Shown here in pieces: positions 9,111 through 18,638 of a stretch of DNA of 64,000 nt (positions are counted from its first letter, which is position 1; the number at the start of each line of letters is the position of its first letter). A program made the position numbers and the translations under genes. Origin of the DNA: a virus; the IMG/VR virus record IMGVR_UViG_3300025018_000111, positions 32,001 to 96,000 of that record, one strand, 5' to 3'. The notes under the pieces were generated by a model that saw only the letters and a list, made by a program, of their open reading frames with translations, was not told the DNA's origin and searched no databases.

Positions 9111-11057
9111 ATGAGCATATTTGACGAACAAGTTAGTAGGAAACCGGATTTATATCCTTGGACAGAACAATTTTTAGAAGCAGCGCAAAGCAATTTATGG
9201 ACTCATAGGGAATTTACATTTCAATCCGATGTTCAGGATTTTAAAGTGAATATGACCAAGGATGAGCGGGATATGATCATAAGATCGTTATCTTGCATTG
9301 GTCAACTAGAAATCAGTGTTAAAAAATTCTGGGCTAAACTTGGGGACAATCTTCCTCACCCGTCTCTCTATGACCTTGGGTATATGTTTGCATATCAGGA
9401 ATGTTATTCAGCTGATACCGAAGTTTTAACCCCAAATGGATGGAGATATTTATCATCAATGAAGAAAGGGGACGAGGTCTATCAATTCAACCCAGAAACT
9501 TGTGGATTATCTGAGACTATAGTTAAAGACACTATTTCTAAAAAATATAATGGCAAAATGTATGAATTTGGAGAAAAAAGCAATAACTGTTTTGTGACTC
9601 CGAATCATGATATGGTAATTCAGAGGCAGAAATCCGATGGATGGAAGGTTAGTAAGGTTGCGGCCAAAGATTTGAAATTCCATTCAGCTATAAAAATACC
9701 GAAGACGACGTTTATCGAGAACAACAAGGATAACAGTCTTACAAATGAAGAAAGAATTTATATAGCCATTCAAGCGGATGGCACAATATCTTATAGATAT
9801 GGGAAGGATGGAGAAAAAATCTTGCGAGGAGTTTCTGAAAACTCTGAATATTCTTATGTAATAGATTTGTACGAAGATCGCAAAAAAAATAGAATGGATT
9901 ATTTGCTTGAAAATTCCAGTATAAAATATACCACCGGATATTCAAAGTGTGGAAAACGCAAGATATATTACCTACATATCAGTGGAGATGAAAATTATAA
10001 GGAATTTGATTGGATAGATTTGAAATCAAAATCAAAAAGATGGTGCAAAGAATTCGTAGAAGAGCTATGGAATTGGGATGGATCTCTTGAGAGAAAATCT
10101 TATTACAGTAAACATAAAAAAAATGCAGATTTTTGTCAGCATGTGGGAATACTGGCGGGATATCGTACAATTGTAAGTCCCTTTGCTGATAATAGGGGCA
10201 CGAGGGACAAAACAAAATTCGTAACATCTTTTTCAGAACTCGATCATAGATGGAGATATATTATTCAAATGAAAAAGAAGGAAATAGATTACAACTCTAC
10301 GGTTCATTGCATCACTGTTGAAAGTGGAGCCATCGTAACCAGAAGGAAGGGGAGGCCATTCATCGCTGGAAATTGCGTTCATGGGTCTGCTTACGAACGC
10401 CTTTTAGAGGTATTAGGTATTGAAGAGGCGTTTGATCGGGCTTTGGAAATGCCAATCCTGAAGGGAAGAGTAAATTATTTGAAAAAATATTTACACAAAT
10501 TCCATTCTGACAATAGAAAGCAGTTTGTTTACTCTATTATCCTTTTTACAATTTTCGTAGAGAATATTGCTCTGTTTTCTCAGTTTTATACTTGCATGTG
10601 GTTTAGAAAATACAAGAATTTCTTAAAAGATACTGAGAAGCAAACTAATTACACGTCGAATGAGGAGAATATTCATCACGAAGCGGGATGTAAAATAATA
10701 TCTGAAATTAGAAAAGAACTTCCTGAACTATTTGATTCTGAATTGGAGGATAGAATAATTGAAGAATCTAAGAACGCAGTTGAATATGAGATGAAAATTA
10801 TCGAATGGATTCTTGGAGATTTTCAGCATGAGTATTTAAACAAAGAGCTTCTTTGTAATTTTATCAAAAATCGCCTTAACAGATCTTTAATCATGATTGG
10901 CTATAAACCTGTTTTTGATATAGATGTAGAATTGTTAAAAAAAACAAATTGGTTTGACGAACAACTTAACGGAAACAATCAGCAAGACTTCTTTGATAAT
11001 CGAAGCATTGAATATGTTAAAAATGCACAATCATTTGACGAAGAATCATTATTTTAA
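9111..11057 (+). CDS. nrdB: Class I ribonucleotide reductase beta subunit with intein
   Basis: WTHREF, di-iron E|CVH and EENIH, ENIALFSQF, C-terminal DFF...EY. Removing the intein leaves 324 aa. Confidence 0.92.
   Translation: MSIFDEQVSRKPDLYPWTEQFLEAAQSNLWTHREFTFQSDVQDFKVNMTKDERDMIIRSLSCIGQLEISVKKFWAKLGDNLPHPSLYDLGYMFAYQECYSADTEVLTPNGWRYLSSMKKGDEVYQFNPETCGLSETIVKDTISKKYNGKMYEFGEKSNNCFVTPNHDMVIQRQKSDGWKVSKVAAKDLKFHSAIKIPKTTFIENNKDNSLTNEERIYIAIQADGTISYRYGKDGEKILRGVSENSEYSYVIDLYEDRKKNRMDYLLENSSIKYTTGYSKCGKRKIYYLHISGDENYKEFDWIDLKSKSKRWCKEFVEELWNWDGSLERKSYYSKHKKNADFCQHVGILAGYRTIVSPFADNRGTRDKTKFVTSFSELDHRWRYIIQMKKKEIDYNSTVHCITVESGAIVTRRKGRPFIAGNCVHGSAYERLLEVLGIEEAFDRALEMPILKGRVNYLKKYLHKFHSDNRKQFVYSIILFTIFVENIALFSQFYTCMWFRKYKNFLKDTEKQTNYTSNEENIHHEAGCKIISEIRKELPELFDSELEDRIIEESKNAVEYEMKIIEWILGDFQHEYLNKELLCNFIKNRLNRSLIMIGYKPVFDIDVELLKKTNWFDEQLNGNNQQDFFDNRSIEYVKNAQSFDEESLF
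9402..10373 (+). mobile_element. 324-aa intein with LAGLIDADG homing endonuclease in nrdB
   Basis: Starts CYSADTEVLT; block B VTPNH; LAGLIDADG-like IYIAIQADG and LWNWDGS; ends VHCITV...IAGN|C. Confidence 0.9.
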
Positions 11058-11064
11058 AAAAGAA

Positions 11065-13128
11065 ATGAAATACGATAATTTTTACTGGCTAAACGAAGAC
11101 TCTAGAACATTTTTATCTAGGGGTTATTTGAAAGAGGGGGAATTGGCGGAAGATCGTCTTCGTGAAATAAGCGAAGCGTCTGAATCTATTTTAAAAGAAA
11201 AAGGATTCGCGGATAAATTTTACGATTACGTATCTCGCGGTTTTTACTCATTATCAACTCCTGTTCTCTGTAATTTTGGAAAACCTAATAATACAGGAGT
11301 TTCTTGTTTTTCTAGCTATATTCCAGACTCTACGGATGAAATTCTGAGAAAAGTAGGAGAGGTCGGGATCATGTCCAAGTGGGGAGGTGGAACATCTGGA
11401 TATTTTGGAGATGTTAGACCGAGAGGATCTAAAATCGTGAGAGGAGGAGGGGAAACGGACGGTCCAGTAAGGTTTATGGAATTGTTTGACAAAGTTGCGG
11501 ATGTAGTTAGCCAATCAAGTAGCCGGAGAGGATCTTTTGCAGCATATCTCCCTGTTGAGCATCCTGATATTTTGGAATTTTTACAGATCAGAAGTGATGG
11601 TCATATTATTCAAAACATGAGTATCGGAGTAACTATTTCTGACGACTGGATGGAAAAGATGTTGAGTGGGGATAAGGATAAGAGAAAAATATGGGGACTT
11701 ATTATTCGGAAAAGGTTTGAGACTGGATATCCTTATATCGTATATACTGATACAACTAATAAAAACGCCCCACAGTGGTACAAAGATCAGGGGATGAAGA
11801 TCCTGAACTCAAACCTGTGCGTTGCTCCAGAAACTATGGTGACTACATCTGACGGTTCGTTTGAAATCCAAGAACTAAAGGATAGAGAAGTTAAAGTTTG
11901 GAACGGAGAAGAATGGTCGACGGTTATTATTAGAAAAACGGGATCTAATCAGAGGCTGATAAAATTAACCTTTCGAGATGAAAATGGAGCTGAAAATTCT
12001 ATTTGGACGACAGAGCATCATAAGTTTTATATTGAAGATGGGAGCGAAATAAGAGCAAAAGATTTAGTTGTTGGAGATAAATTAGAGAAATTCGATAACC
12101 ATAGCTCTATTAATAAGCAATATATTCTTTTAAATATATCGGATTTACAGAGGGTTGATGATACTTACTGCGCGACCGAACCGAAAAGGAATAGGATTCA
12201 ATTTAATGGAATTTTGACTGGGAACTGTTCTGAAATATTTCTCCCAACTAACGAAAAAGAATCTTTCGTTTGTGTCCTTTCTTGTTTGAACCTTCTTCAT
12301 TGGGATGAAATAAAAAAAACAGATGCTCCAGAAACTTTGCTTAAATTCCTATGGACGGTTAACGAAGAGTTCGTAAGAAAGACAGACGGGGTTCCTTTTA
12401 TGGAAGATGCGAATAGGTTTGCAAAAAGACATCGGGCTATCGGATTAGGAGTTTTAGGCTGGCACTCTCTTCTTCAGAGCAAAATGATCCCGTTTGAATC
12501 TATGGAAGCGAAGTTTTTGAATAATGAGATTTTCAAAGAGATCAGATTGAGAATGGATTCTACTAACAAGGAATTGGTCAAAACAATCGGAGAATCTGAA
12601 GTAACTAAGGGATATGGAGTTGCACTGTCAACGACTATGAGTTTGCCTCCTACAACGAGCAGTTCCTTTATATTAGGTCAAGTATCTCAAAGTATTGAAC
12701 CTTTGAATAGTAATTATTTCGTGAAAAGATTGGCAAAAGGGAATTTTACATATAAAAATCCAGAATTCTTAGAGTTACTAGAAAAGAAGGGGAAGAACAA
12801 TGAGGGGACTTGGAACTCGATATTAGTCAAAGGAGGATCTGTCCAGCATTTAGATTTTTTATCTGAACATGAAAAAAATGTCTTTAAAACTTTTGGAGAA
12901 ATATCTCAGAAGGAAATTATTATTCAGGCAGCACAGCGTCAACCGTACATAGACCAAGGACAAAGTTTGAATATAACAGTTGGTCCAAAGATTCCTGCCA
13001 AAGAGGTTAGTGATCTTATGATTGAGGCATGGAAGCTCGGTGTCAAATCCTTATATTATCAAAGAGGTGCAAATCCATCTCAAGAGTTAGCGAGAAGTTT
13101 AAACCAATGCGTTTCCTGCGAAGGGTAG
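11065..13128 (+). CDS. nrdA: Class I ribonucleotide reductase alpha subunit (no ATP cone) with mini-intein
   Basis: STPV, SCF, GGGTS, RRG, NL|CSE, LGVLG, PTTSSS, KSLYY and C-terminal CVSCEG. ATG 11065 follows the nrdB stop. Confidence 0.92.
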   Translation: MKYDNFYWLNEDSRTFLSRGYLKEGELAEDRLREISEASESILKEKGFADKFYDYVSRGFYSLSTPVLCNFGKPNNTGVSCFSSYIPDSTDEILRKVGEVGIMSKWGGGTSGYFGDVRPRGSKIVRGGGETDGPVRFMELFDKVADVVSQSSSRRGSFAAYLPVEHPDILEFLQIRSDGHIIQNMSIGVTISDDWMEKMLSGDKDKRKIWGLIIRKRFETGYPYIVYTDTTNKNAPQWYKDQGMKILNSNLCVAPETMVTTSDGSFEIQELKDREVKVWNGEEWSTVIIRKTGSNQRLIKLTFRDENGAENSIWTTEHHKFYIEDGSEIRAKDLVVGDKLEKFDNHSSINKQYILLNISDLQRVDDTYCATEPKRNRIQFNGILTGNCSEIFLPTNEKESFVCVLSCLNLLHWDEIKKTDAPETLLKFLWTVNEEFVRKTDGVPFMEDANRFAKRHRAIGLGVLGWHSLLQSKMIPFESMEAKFLNNEIFKEIRLRMDSTNKELVKTIGESEVTKGYGVALSTTMSLPPTTSSSFILGQVSQSIEPLNSNYFVKRLAKGNFTYKNPEFLELLEKKGKNNEGTWNSILVKGGSVQHLDFLSEHEKNVFKTFGEISQKEIIIQAAQRQPYIDQGQSLNITVGPKIPAKEVSDLMIEAWKLGVKSLYYQRGANPSQELARSLNQCVSCEG
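11818..12225 (+). mobile_element. 136-aa mini-intein in nrdA
   Basis: CVAPETMV...TTEHHKF...TYC...GILTGN|CSE; no endonuclease domain. Confidence 0.9.
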
Positions 13129-13164
13129 TTGATAGAACTTTAATCTAAATCCGACTTCTTAAAT

Positions 13165-13195
13165 GAGGCACCTTTTGCGAGGTGTCTCTTTTTTT
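13165..13195 (+). terminator. Intrinsic terminator after nrdA
   Basis: GAGGCACCT-tttgcg-AGGTGTCTC followed by T7. Confidence 0.8.
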
Positions 13196-13196
13196 A

Positions 13197-13202
13197 GTGT
13201 AT
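13197..13202 (+). promoter_or_regulatory. Putative late promoter motif GTGTAT
   Basis: taGTGTATt right after the terminator, 11 nt before ATG 13214. Confidence 0.6.
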
Positions 13203-13213
13203 TTCATTTTAAC

Positions 13214-13585
13214 ATGAAAAGTTTAAAAAAAGTTGAGAATGATTTAGATACTTTATTGAATCATAAGATGATTTCAACATCGTCTTATGACGAAACAGGA
13301 AAAGAGGATAATGATGATTCTGAAGAAATAAAATATAGACTAGAAGATTTGAAGTACTCCTTAAAGTACGTTAATGAAGAAGTTCAATATCTCAGAAATT
13401 ATATTATGGAATTAAGAGACGAGTTGTCAAAACATGAATACGAAGGGCATCTTCCTAAAATCACCTCTCCATCTCAAATGAACAAGATTCTACAAATCCT
13501 AGAATTGGATGGAGATTATGAGGCCTCCAAAAAGAAGATTTATTCCCACTCTAGCTCCGCAGGAGTGGATTGCATGATTTTTTAA
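13214..13585 (+). CDS. Hypothetical coiled-coil protein (head module)
   Basis: ATG 13214 chosen because the longer ORF start lies at the terminator. Confidence 0.55.
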   Translation: MKSLKKVENDLDTLLNHKMISTSSYDETGKEDNDDSEEIKYRLEDLKYSLKYVNEEVQYLRNYIMELRDELSKHEYEGHLPKITSPSQMNKILQILELDGDYEASKKKIYSHSSSAGVDCMIF

Positions 13586-13599
13586 AAAAAAACATTACG

Positions 13600-15102
13600 A
13601 TGAAATTAAAATTCAAATCTCAAGTAATAGCAAAATCGTTTGATAAGAAAGAAGATCTAATTAGTTCCGCATCCCTTTCTGAACTCAAGAGATACATTCC
13701 AGAAATCGACGAAGCTAAAAATCCAGACTTACTGCCAGTAAGTTTCAACGCTTTCGTAGCCAATAAAGGAAACAAGAATATGGACATTCTTGATTCTAAG
13801 GGAACTATGGAAGTTGTCGATAGTTTCATTTATAAACCGATCAATATTGAACACGATGGAGAAAAAACCATCGGGGTCATTACCGGATACGCATTCTCAG
13901 AATATGGGACTAATAAAGATATAACAAAAGAGGAAGCGTCTAAAATGACATCTCCCTACAATGTTACTCTCAGTGGACTTATTTGGAGAACCGTAAATGA
14001 AAGAATGGCCGAAGTAATTGAGGAAAGTTCTAAACCCGAATCAGATGACTATGGATTAGTCTCGGCATCTTGGGAGTTATCCTTTGAAGATTATAATGTG
14101 GTGGCAATGGAAAATGGTAAGGATGAAATCGAAGGGTCGACGATTCTTTCGGGTTCCGAAAAAGAAGAATACAAACCCTTCATGGTTCACCGAGGAGGAA
14201 AGGGTAAATCAAAAAAAGAAAGTTGGGCATTGTACAGACTTCCAAGTGAGGGATTGGTCGGTTTGGGAATTGGTTTTGTAGAAAACCCTGCTGCCGATGT
14301 TTCTGGAATTTGTACTAAGGAAACGAAAGAATCCAAGTCGAAAGCATCAAGTTCGGAAGAAATTATTAGCAAATTTAACGAAATGAATCAAAAAATAGAT
14401 AAAATTCAAGAAAATTTTACTAATATTCAAAAAAATGGTGTAATTATTAAAGAGAAAGCTATGATTAAACGAATTAAAGATATCAATGCTGATTCTATTA
14501 AAGCGTCTTTAGGTGAAGACAAGATCGATACTACTGTAGCTTCGGCTCTTTCTGATATCATCAAGACTGCTTGGAATAGCGAATCAGAAGAGTTTGAAAC
14601 AAAACTCCAAACGGAACAATTGGCTAAAGAGAAATCTGAAGCTGATAATCAAGAACTCAGGGAGCAACTTGAGATATCAACATCGAAATTGTCAACTATC
14701 GAAGCTGAACTTAATTCATTGAAAGAAAAAGAAATTAGTCGTGAAAAAGAAGAAAAGTTTCAATCACGCATGGAATTCTTTGATTCTAAATATGATGTTT
14801 CTGAGAAGCATCGTCCTTTGATTGCTAAGAAGTTGAATATGATTCAAACAGACGAGGATTTTGAAGATGTAAAGAACGAATTGGACGTGTTTCTTCCTTT
14901 GAAGAAAGATTCTGCCTCTTCCCAAGCATCGGACAAATCTAAAGGAGATGAAAATCAAGATGCTGACGAAAACTCAGTAGATGATTCTATCAGTCAAGCA
15001 TCCAAGGATACTCTATCCACAGTTCCTAATACAAATTCAAAAGACAATATCGATGATTTCAGTGACGCTTTTGAAATCGGGAAAAATGTAACTTTGAGAT
15101 AA
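13600..15102 (+). CDS. Prohead maturation protease with C-terminal scaffold domain
   Basis: NKNMD, PINIEH (His), SASWE (Ser) and GIGFVENPAA of phage prohead proteases; acidic coiled-coil C-half. Confidence 0.75.
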   Translation: MKLKFKSQVIAKSFDKKEDLISSASLSELKRYIPEIDEAKNPDLLPVSFNAFVANKGNKNMDILDSKGTMEVVDSFIYKPINIEHDGEKTIGVITGYAFSEYGTNKDITKEEASKMTSPYNVTLSGLIWRTVNERMAEVIEESSKPESDDYGLVSASWELSFEDYNVVAMENGKDEIEGSTILSGSEKEEYKPFMVHRGGKGKSKKESWALYRLPSEGLVGLGIGFVENPAADVSGICTKETKESKSKASSSEEIISKFNEMNQKIDKIQENFTNIQKNGVIIKEKAMIKRIKDINADSIKASLGEDKIDTTVASALSDIIKTAWNSESEEFETKLQTEQLAKEKSEADNQELREQLEISTSKLSTIEAELNSLKEKEISREKEEKFQSRMEFFDSKYDVSEKHRPLIAKKLNMIQTDEDFEDVKNELDVFLPLKKDSASSQASDKSKGDENQDADENSVDDSISQASKDTLSTVPNTNSKDNIDDFSDAFEIGKNVTLR

Positions 15103-15144
15103 AACTTTAGTCAATTTAACAAACTGAAAATTAAATAGAAGAAA

Positions 15145-15678
15145 ATGCCTACTACAAAACCATTCGCCGCAATTGACCAAAACGATGTTGTCAATTTGTT
15201 CGGCTATAACGGAACAGCCAATCGTGGAACATTCGTAAAGATTGCAACCGGTTGGACAACCGAAGACGACAAGGTTGCCTTTTTAGGAAACCTTGGAGAC
15301 GACTTCACGAACGTAGTTTCTGAAGATTACGGAGTTACTGCGCGAGTAACCGCTGCTGGAACTGGAGATAGTGTAATCGGTATGCTTTACTACGATGTAA
15401 AGGAAACTGATGAAAACGGAATGCCGTTGAAATTCAGCCAACGCAAACAGTTCGCTATGAACGCAGTCCGAAGTGGACAAGCCGTACCAATTATCAAAAG
15501 AGGCATGGTCCTTTATAGCGGAATTAACGGAACTCCTACCGCTGGAGCTGCTGCCTATGTTAGTGGAGCTGGTGAAGTTACCACTGAAACTCATACTGGA
15601 GCGGTTCAAGTTGGAACATTTTATGGAGCTAAGAACACCGAGGGTTTTGCTTTGTTGAATGTTAATATTCAATATTAA
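15145..15678 (+). CDS. Head decoration/cement protein
   Basis: 177-aa Gly/Ala/Thr-rich beta protein between protease and capsid. Confidence 0.55.
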   Translation: MPTTKPFAAIDQNDVVNLFGYNGTANRGTFVKIATGWTTEDDKVAFLGNLGDDFTNVVSEDYGVTARVTAAGTGDSVIGMLYYDVKETDENGMPLKFSQRKQFAMNAVRSGQAVPIIKRGMVLYSGINGTPTAGAAAYVSGAGEVTTETHTGAVQVGTFYGAKNTEGFALLNVNIQY

Positions 15679-15714
15679 TCGTCAGGTTTAACACATTTTA
15701 AAAAAGATATATAA

Positions 15715-16815
15715 ATGAAAATTAGATTAGAAGGAACAGATAAGCAACTCCAAATCATCCGAAATTTGGGGTCTCGCGATGAGCAAGTTTCCAAGGCTGC
15801 CGCTCGTTCACTGGCTGGATTTATTTCCAACGTAGCACAAGAGTATATTCGTCAGGCGAGTTTGGCGCAATTGCTCTTTGAAGATCTCCCTTATAGCGAT
15901 GAAGAGTATCCAACGATCCCATTGGATCTGTGGCACTCCGAAGGGGAAGATCAAATCGAAGTTTGGTCTCAAACTATGGCTGGTGGTCTTCCGTCCAGCG
16001 AAGTTCGTGGATTCCAAGAAATTCCAGTCATTACTTACAACCTGAGTTCCGCCGCTGATTGTCAAAAAAGCTATCTTCGACGTGGATTGCAAGGATTGAT
16101 GGTCGTTGCTAAAATGATCGAAAGAATGACCCAAACGGTTCTCGTCAAACAAGAAAAGAATGCTTGGGCAGTTGTGACCAAGACTTTGGCTGAAGCACGA
16201 ACAAATGGAGCCGATCATATCATCGCTTCTGAAGCCGAATCCGTTTTCGGAATGAGCGATATTAGCGCCCTTATCACCCTTGGTCAACGAGTGAATAGTT
16301 CGTTTGCCAATGGAACTCCAGCTAACGGGTCCACAGGTCCAACTCACATCTTTGCTTCCCCTGAGATTCAACAACAAATCCGAGGATTCGTTTTCAATCC
16401 AGCCAATAGCACAGGAAATCAAAGCACAGGACCAGTTGCTCTCCCAGAACAATTGAGACAAGGAATCTACAATGCAGCCGGAGCAGTTGACCTGTTCGGT
16501 ATCAAAGTCGTTACCATGAACGAATTGGGAACATCTCGCAAGTACAACACCTTGTTTGATGGATTCGCAGGATCTGCAACTATCGCTCACGGTTCCAGCA
16601 CATTCACCGACGCTGATGACGAAATCGTTATCGGATATGATGCGAATCGCGGTGGTGGTTATCGCCCGATCTTGACAGAAACGGGTGGTGGCAATCTGAT
16701 TGTCCGACCAGACAACCAATACTTCGAGAGAACGGATAAAGTTGGTTACTACACTTCTCAAGACGAAGGACGTGTGTGGGTTGATGGACGCTCCCTGTTT
16801 GGTATCGTTGTGTAA
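15715..16815 (+). CDS. Major capsid protein
   Basis: 366 aa; position after protease and decoration genes; highly expressed-type codon usage; followed by a strong terminator. Confidence 0.7.
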   Translation: MKIRLEGTDKQLQIIRNLGSRDEQVSKAAARSLAGFISNVAQEYIRQASLAQLLFEDLPYSDEEYPTIPLDLWHSEGEDQIEVWSQTMAGGLPSSEVRGFQEIPVITYNLSSAADCQKSYLRRGLQGLMVVAKMIERMTQTVLVKQEKNAWAVVTKTLAEARTNGADHIIASEAESVFGMSDISALITLGQRVNSSFANGTPANGSTGPTHIFASPEIQQQIRGFVFNPANSTGNQSTGPVALPEQLRQGIYNAAGAVDLFGIKVVTMNELGTSRKYNTLFDGFAGSATIAHGSSTFTDADDEIVIGYDANRGGGYRPILTETGGGNLIVRPDNQYFERTDKVGYYTSQDEGRVWVDGRSLFGIVV

Positions 16816-16855
16816 GTTGATTTTTCAACAATCCTAAAAGTTAATATCATCACAG

Positions 16856-16886
16856 AAGACGCTCTTAATTGGGCGTCTTTTTTTTT
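16856..16886 (+). terminator. Intrinsic terminator after capsid gene
   Basis: AAGACGCTC-ttaatt-GGGCGTCTT followed by a T run. Confidence 0.85.
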
Positions 16887-16938
16887 GTATTTTTATAAAA
16901 ATATCAGTATCATTTCGTGTATGTAACTTTGAATTCTT

Positions 16939-17292
16939 ATGAAAAAAACAAAGTTAAAAGCAAACGGAAAAGGTTCTTCGGACAGGGTTTTTACAACATT
17001 GGACCAAATTTGGGGAGAAAACACGAATGGAAAATATAAAACCTCAGATCCCGTTGAATACGAAAAAACATTGGATGGTATGAACAAGATGGAACTTTGG
17101 GAACATGCAGTGTCAGTTGGTGAATCCCCAGTAGATAATAAAGACCTTCTCAAAAAAAAATTAACAACTAAATTTCAACGTCACAACAGTCTTAACAAAC
17201 CGTTGAATGTAAATAAAGAGGATCTTGCTAAAAAGAATAATGTAAAGTCTTATAGTCCAGAGTTTCTTAAAATTTTGAAAGAAGGTAAATAA
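16939..17292 (+). CDS. Hypothetical basic protein
   Basis: 117-aa ORF preceded by GTGTAT (16917-16922). Confidence 0.6.
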   Translation: MKKTKLKANGKGSSDRVFTTLDQIWGENTNGKYKTSDPVEYEKTLDGMNKMELWEHAVSVGESPVDNKDLLKKKLTTKFQRHNSLNKPLNVNKEDLAKKNNVKSYSPEFLKILKEGK

Positions 17293-17657
17293 TGCCAATT
17301 GAAGATTATGATATATCCTCTCCTTTGAGAAGCGGTGATTTCGCCGTCATTCAAGGATCGACTACTTCTGGATATTTTATTAGCTCGGTGGATGGAAATG
17401 TTTTGAATCTCAGCGGCTATTCTGCAAGAGGAAAGATTAAATTTAAGTTCTCAGACACAGGATCTCTTTTAGATTTGCAGGTAGCTGTAGATAGCGGGGA
17501 TTCAAGTTTGGGGAAGGTTGATTTGTTGATAGATCATGAGGAATCGGCAATTCTTCCTATTGGGATTTTCCCTTATGATATAGAGGTATATAATAATAGT
17601 TTCGTCCACAGAATATCGTCGGGCAAAGTAACAGTGGTTCCAGAGGTGACCGCCTAA
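17292..17657 (+). CDS. Small beta-sandwich virion protein (BppU-N-like)
   Basis: IQGST...NLSGYSARG...YDIEV...GKVTVVPEVT pattern, common in phage structural proteins. Confidence 0.5.
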   Translation: MPIEDYDISSPLRSGDFAVIQGSTTSGYFISSVDGNVLNLSGYSARGKIKFKFSDTGSLLDLQVAVDSGDSSLGKVDLLIDHEESAILPIGIFPYDIEVYNNSFVHRISSGKVTVVPEVTA

Positions 17658-17676
17658 TATAGTGTATTTAACAGAG

Positions 17677-18180
17677 ATGACATTCTCCTTTTCTGACATA
17701 GCAGACGAAATTTTACAAGAACTAGGAAGTCCTTCCGATATTTCATTAAGCGTCATTGCTTATTGGCTTAGGAATAATGTCGGCAAACTGAATAACCTAT
17801 TGAACTGTGAATTTGAGGTTAGCGAAACAACTTTAGAACTTACTGCATCTTTGGATATCCAACAAAAGGATATATTTAAGAAGATGTATATGGTTTATTA
17901 TTATCAAAGAAAAATCTCATCCAATTCTACGGCAATGGGTTATGACAGTATTATTCAATTAGATAGAAACGGGAACAAGGTGAGATTCGCTAACGCGAAC
18001 GAGGTGTCCAAATTGTATCGAGATTTAAAAAGAGATGAAGAAAGCGGTTTGAAAAGTTTGATAAATGATTACAAAAGGAATCGAACCAAACCTATTCAAG
18101 TTTCTGGAGATGATGTATTTGAATACAACGGGACAATTTCAAACGATACTATAAGATCAATATACGGAGGTTCAGATTGA
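17677..18180 (+). CDS. Putative head-tail adaptor
   Basis: Helical ~167 aa, post-capsid position. The track's GTG start coincides with the GTGTAT motif, so ATG 17677 is preferred. Confidence 0.45.
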   Translation: MTFSFSDIADEILQELGSPSDISLSVIAYWLRNNVGKLNNLLNCEFEVSETTLELTASLDIQQKDIFKKMYMVYYYQRKISSNSTAMGYDSIIQLDRNGNKVRFANANEVSKLYRDLKRDEESGLKSLINDYKRNRTKPIQVSGDDVFEYNGTISNDTIRSIYGGSD

Positions 18181-18638
18181 GTGCTTTAGTATCCAGTTCA
18201 TTGAAAACTCGAATCCAAACTAAGATGGACGAATTGTTTGATACATTCGTTGATCCAGAACAAGGTGGTGAGGAAATTACTGTCAACAAACAACCTAAAA
18301 GGATCTCGTCTTTAATTTCATCTAAAAATTATGCTGGATATGGTCCGTCTTCAAACCTACAGAATTATACATTTCTGCCAGTTTCAGAAACATTTCCCGC
18401 TATTGTAACTTATCAGCAAGATCAAAAATTTGAAACCTTAGATGAAGTTGGATTGAAACTAGAAGACGGAGAATGTTTGATCGAGGTGAAATCAGACTGT
18501 AGAGACTATATTGAAAATGGAGTATTGACAGAGAATATCGTTATAGATTCTAGGACTTTCAATATTATTTCAGAGGCAGTAGAGGATAAGTTTTTTGGGT
18601 CTCTTAGATATATTTACAGGCTCAAGGAGGTTAAGTAA
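18177..18638 (+). CDS. Putative head closure (stopper) protein
   Basis: 153-aa beta-rich protein; synteny in the neck cluster. Confidence 0.4.
   Translation: MSALVSSSLKTRIQTKMDELFDTFVDPEQGGEEITVNKQPKRISSLISSKNYAGYGPSSNLQNYTFLPVSETFPAIVTYQQDQKFETLDEVGLKLEDGECLIEVKSDCRDYIENGVLTENIVIDSRTFNIISEAVEDKFFGSLRYIYRLKEVK

Noticed and set aside
10954-11064. ORF-track extension of nrdA (similarly 13163, 17662, 46832, 46841, 60753)
   Set aside because: These extensions overlap upstream genes, terminators or the GTGTAT motif; downstream ATGs fit better.
15283-16761. Long antisense ORFs (129 and 317 aa) opposite the decoration and capsid genes; similar ones opposite the tube and tape measure genes
   Set aside because: They mirror highly expressed genes whose codon bias suppresses antisense stops, and they show no motifs or start signals.
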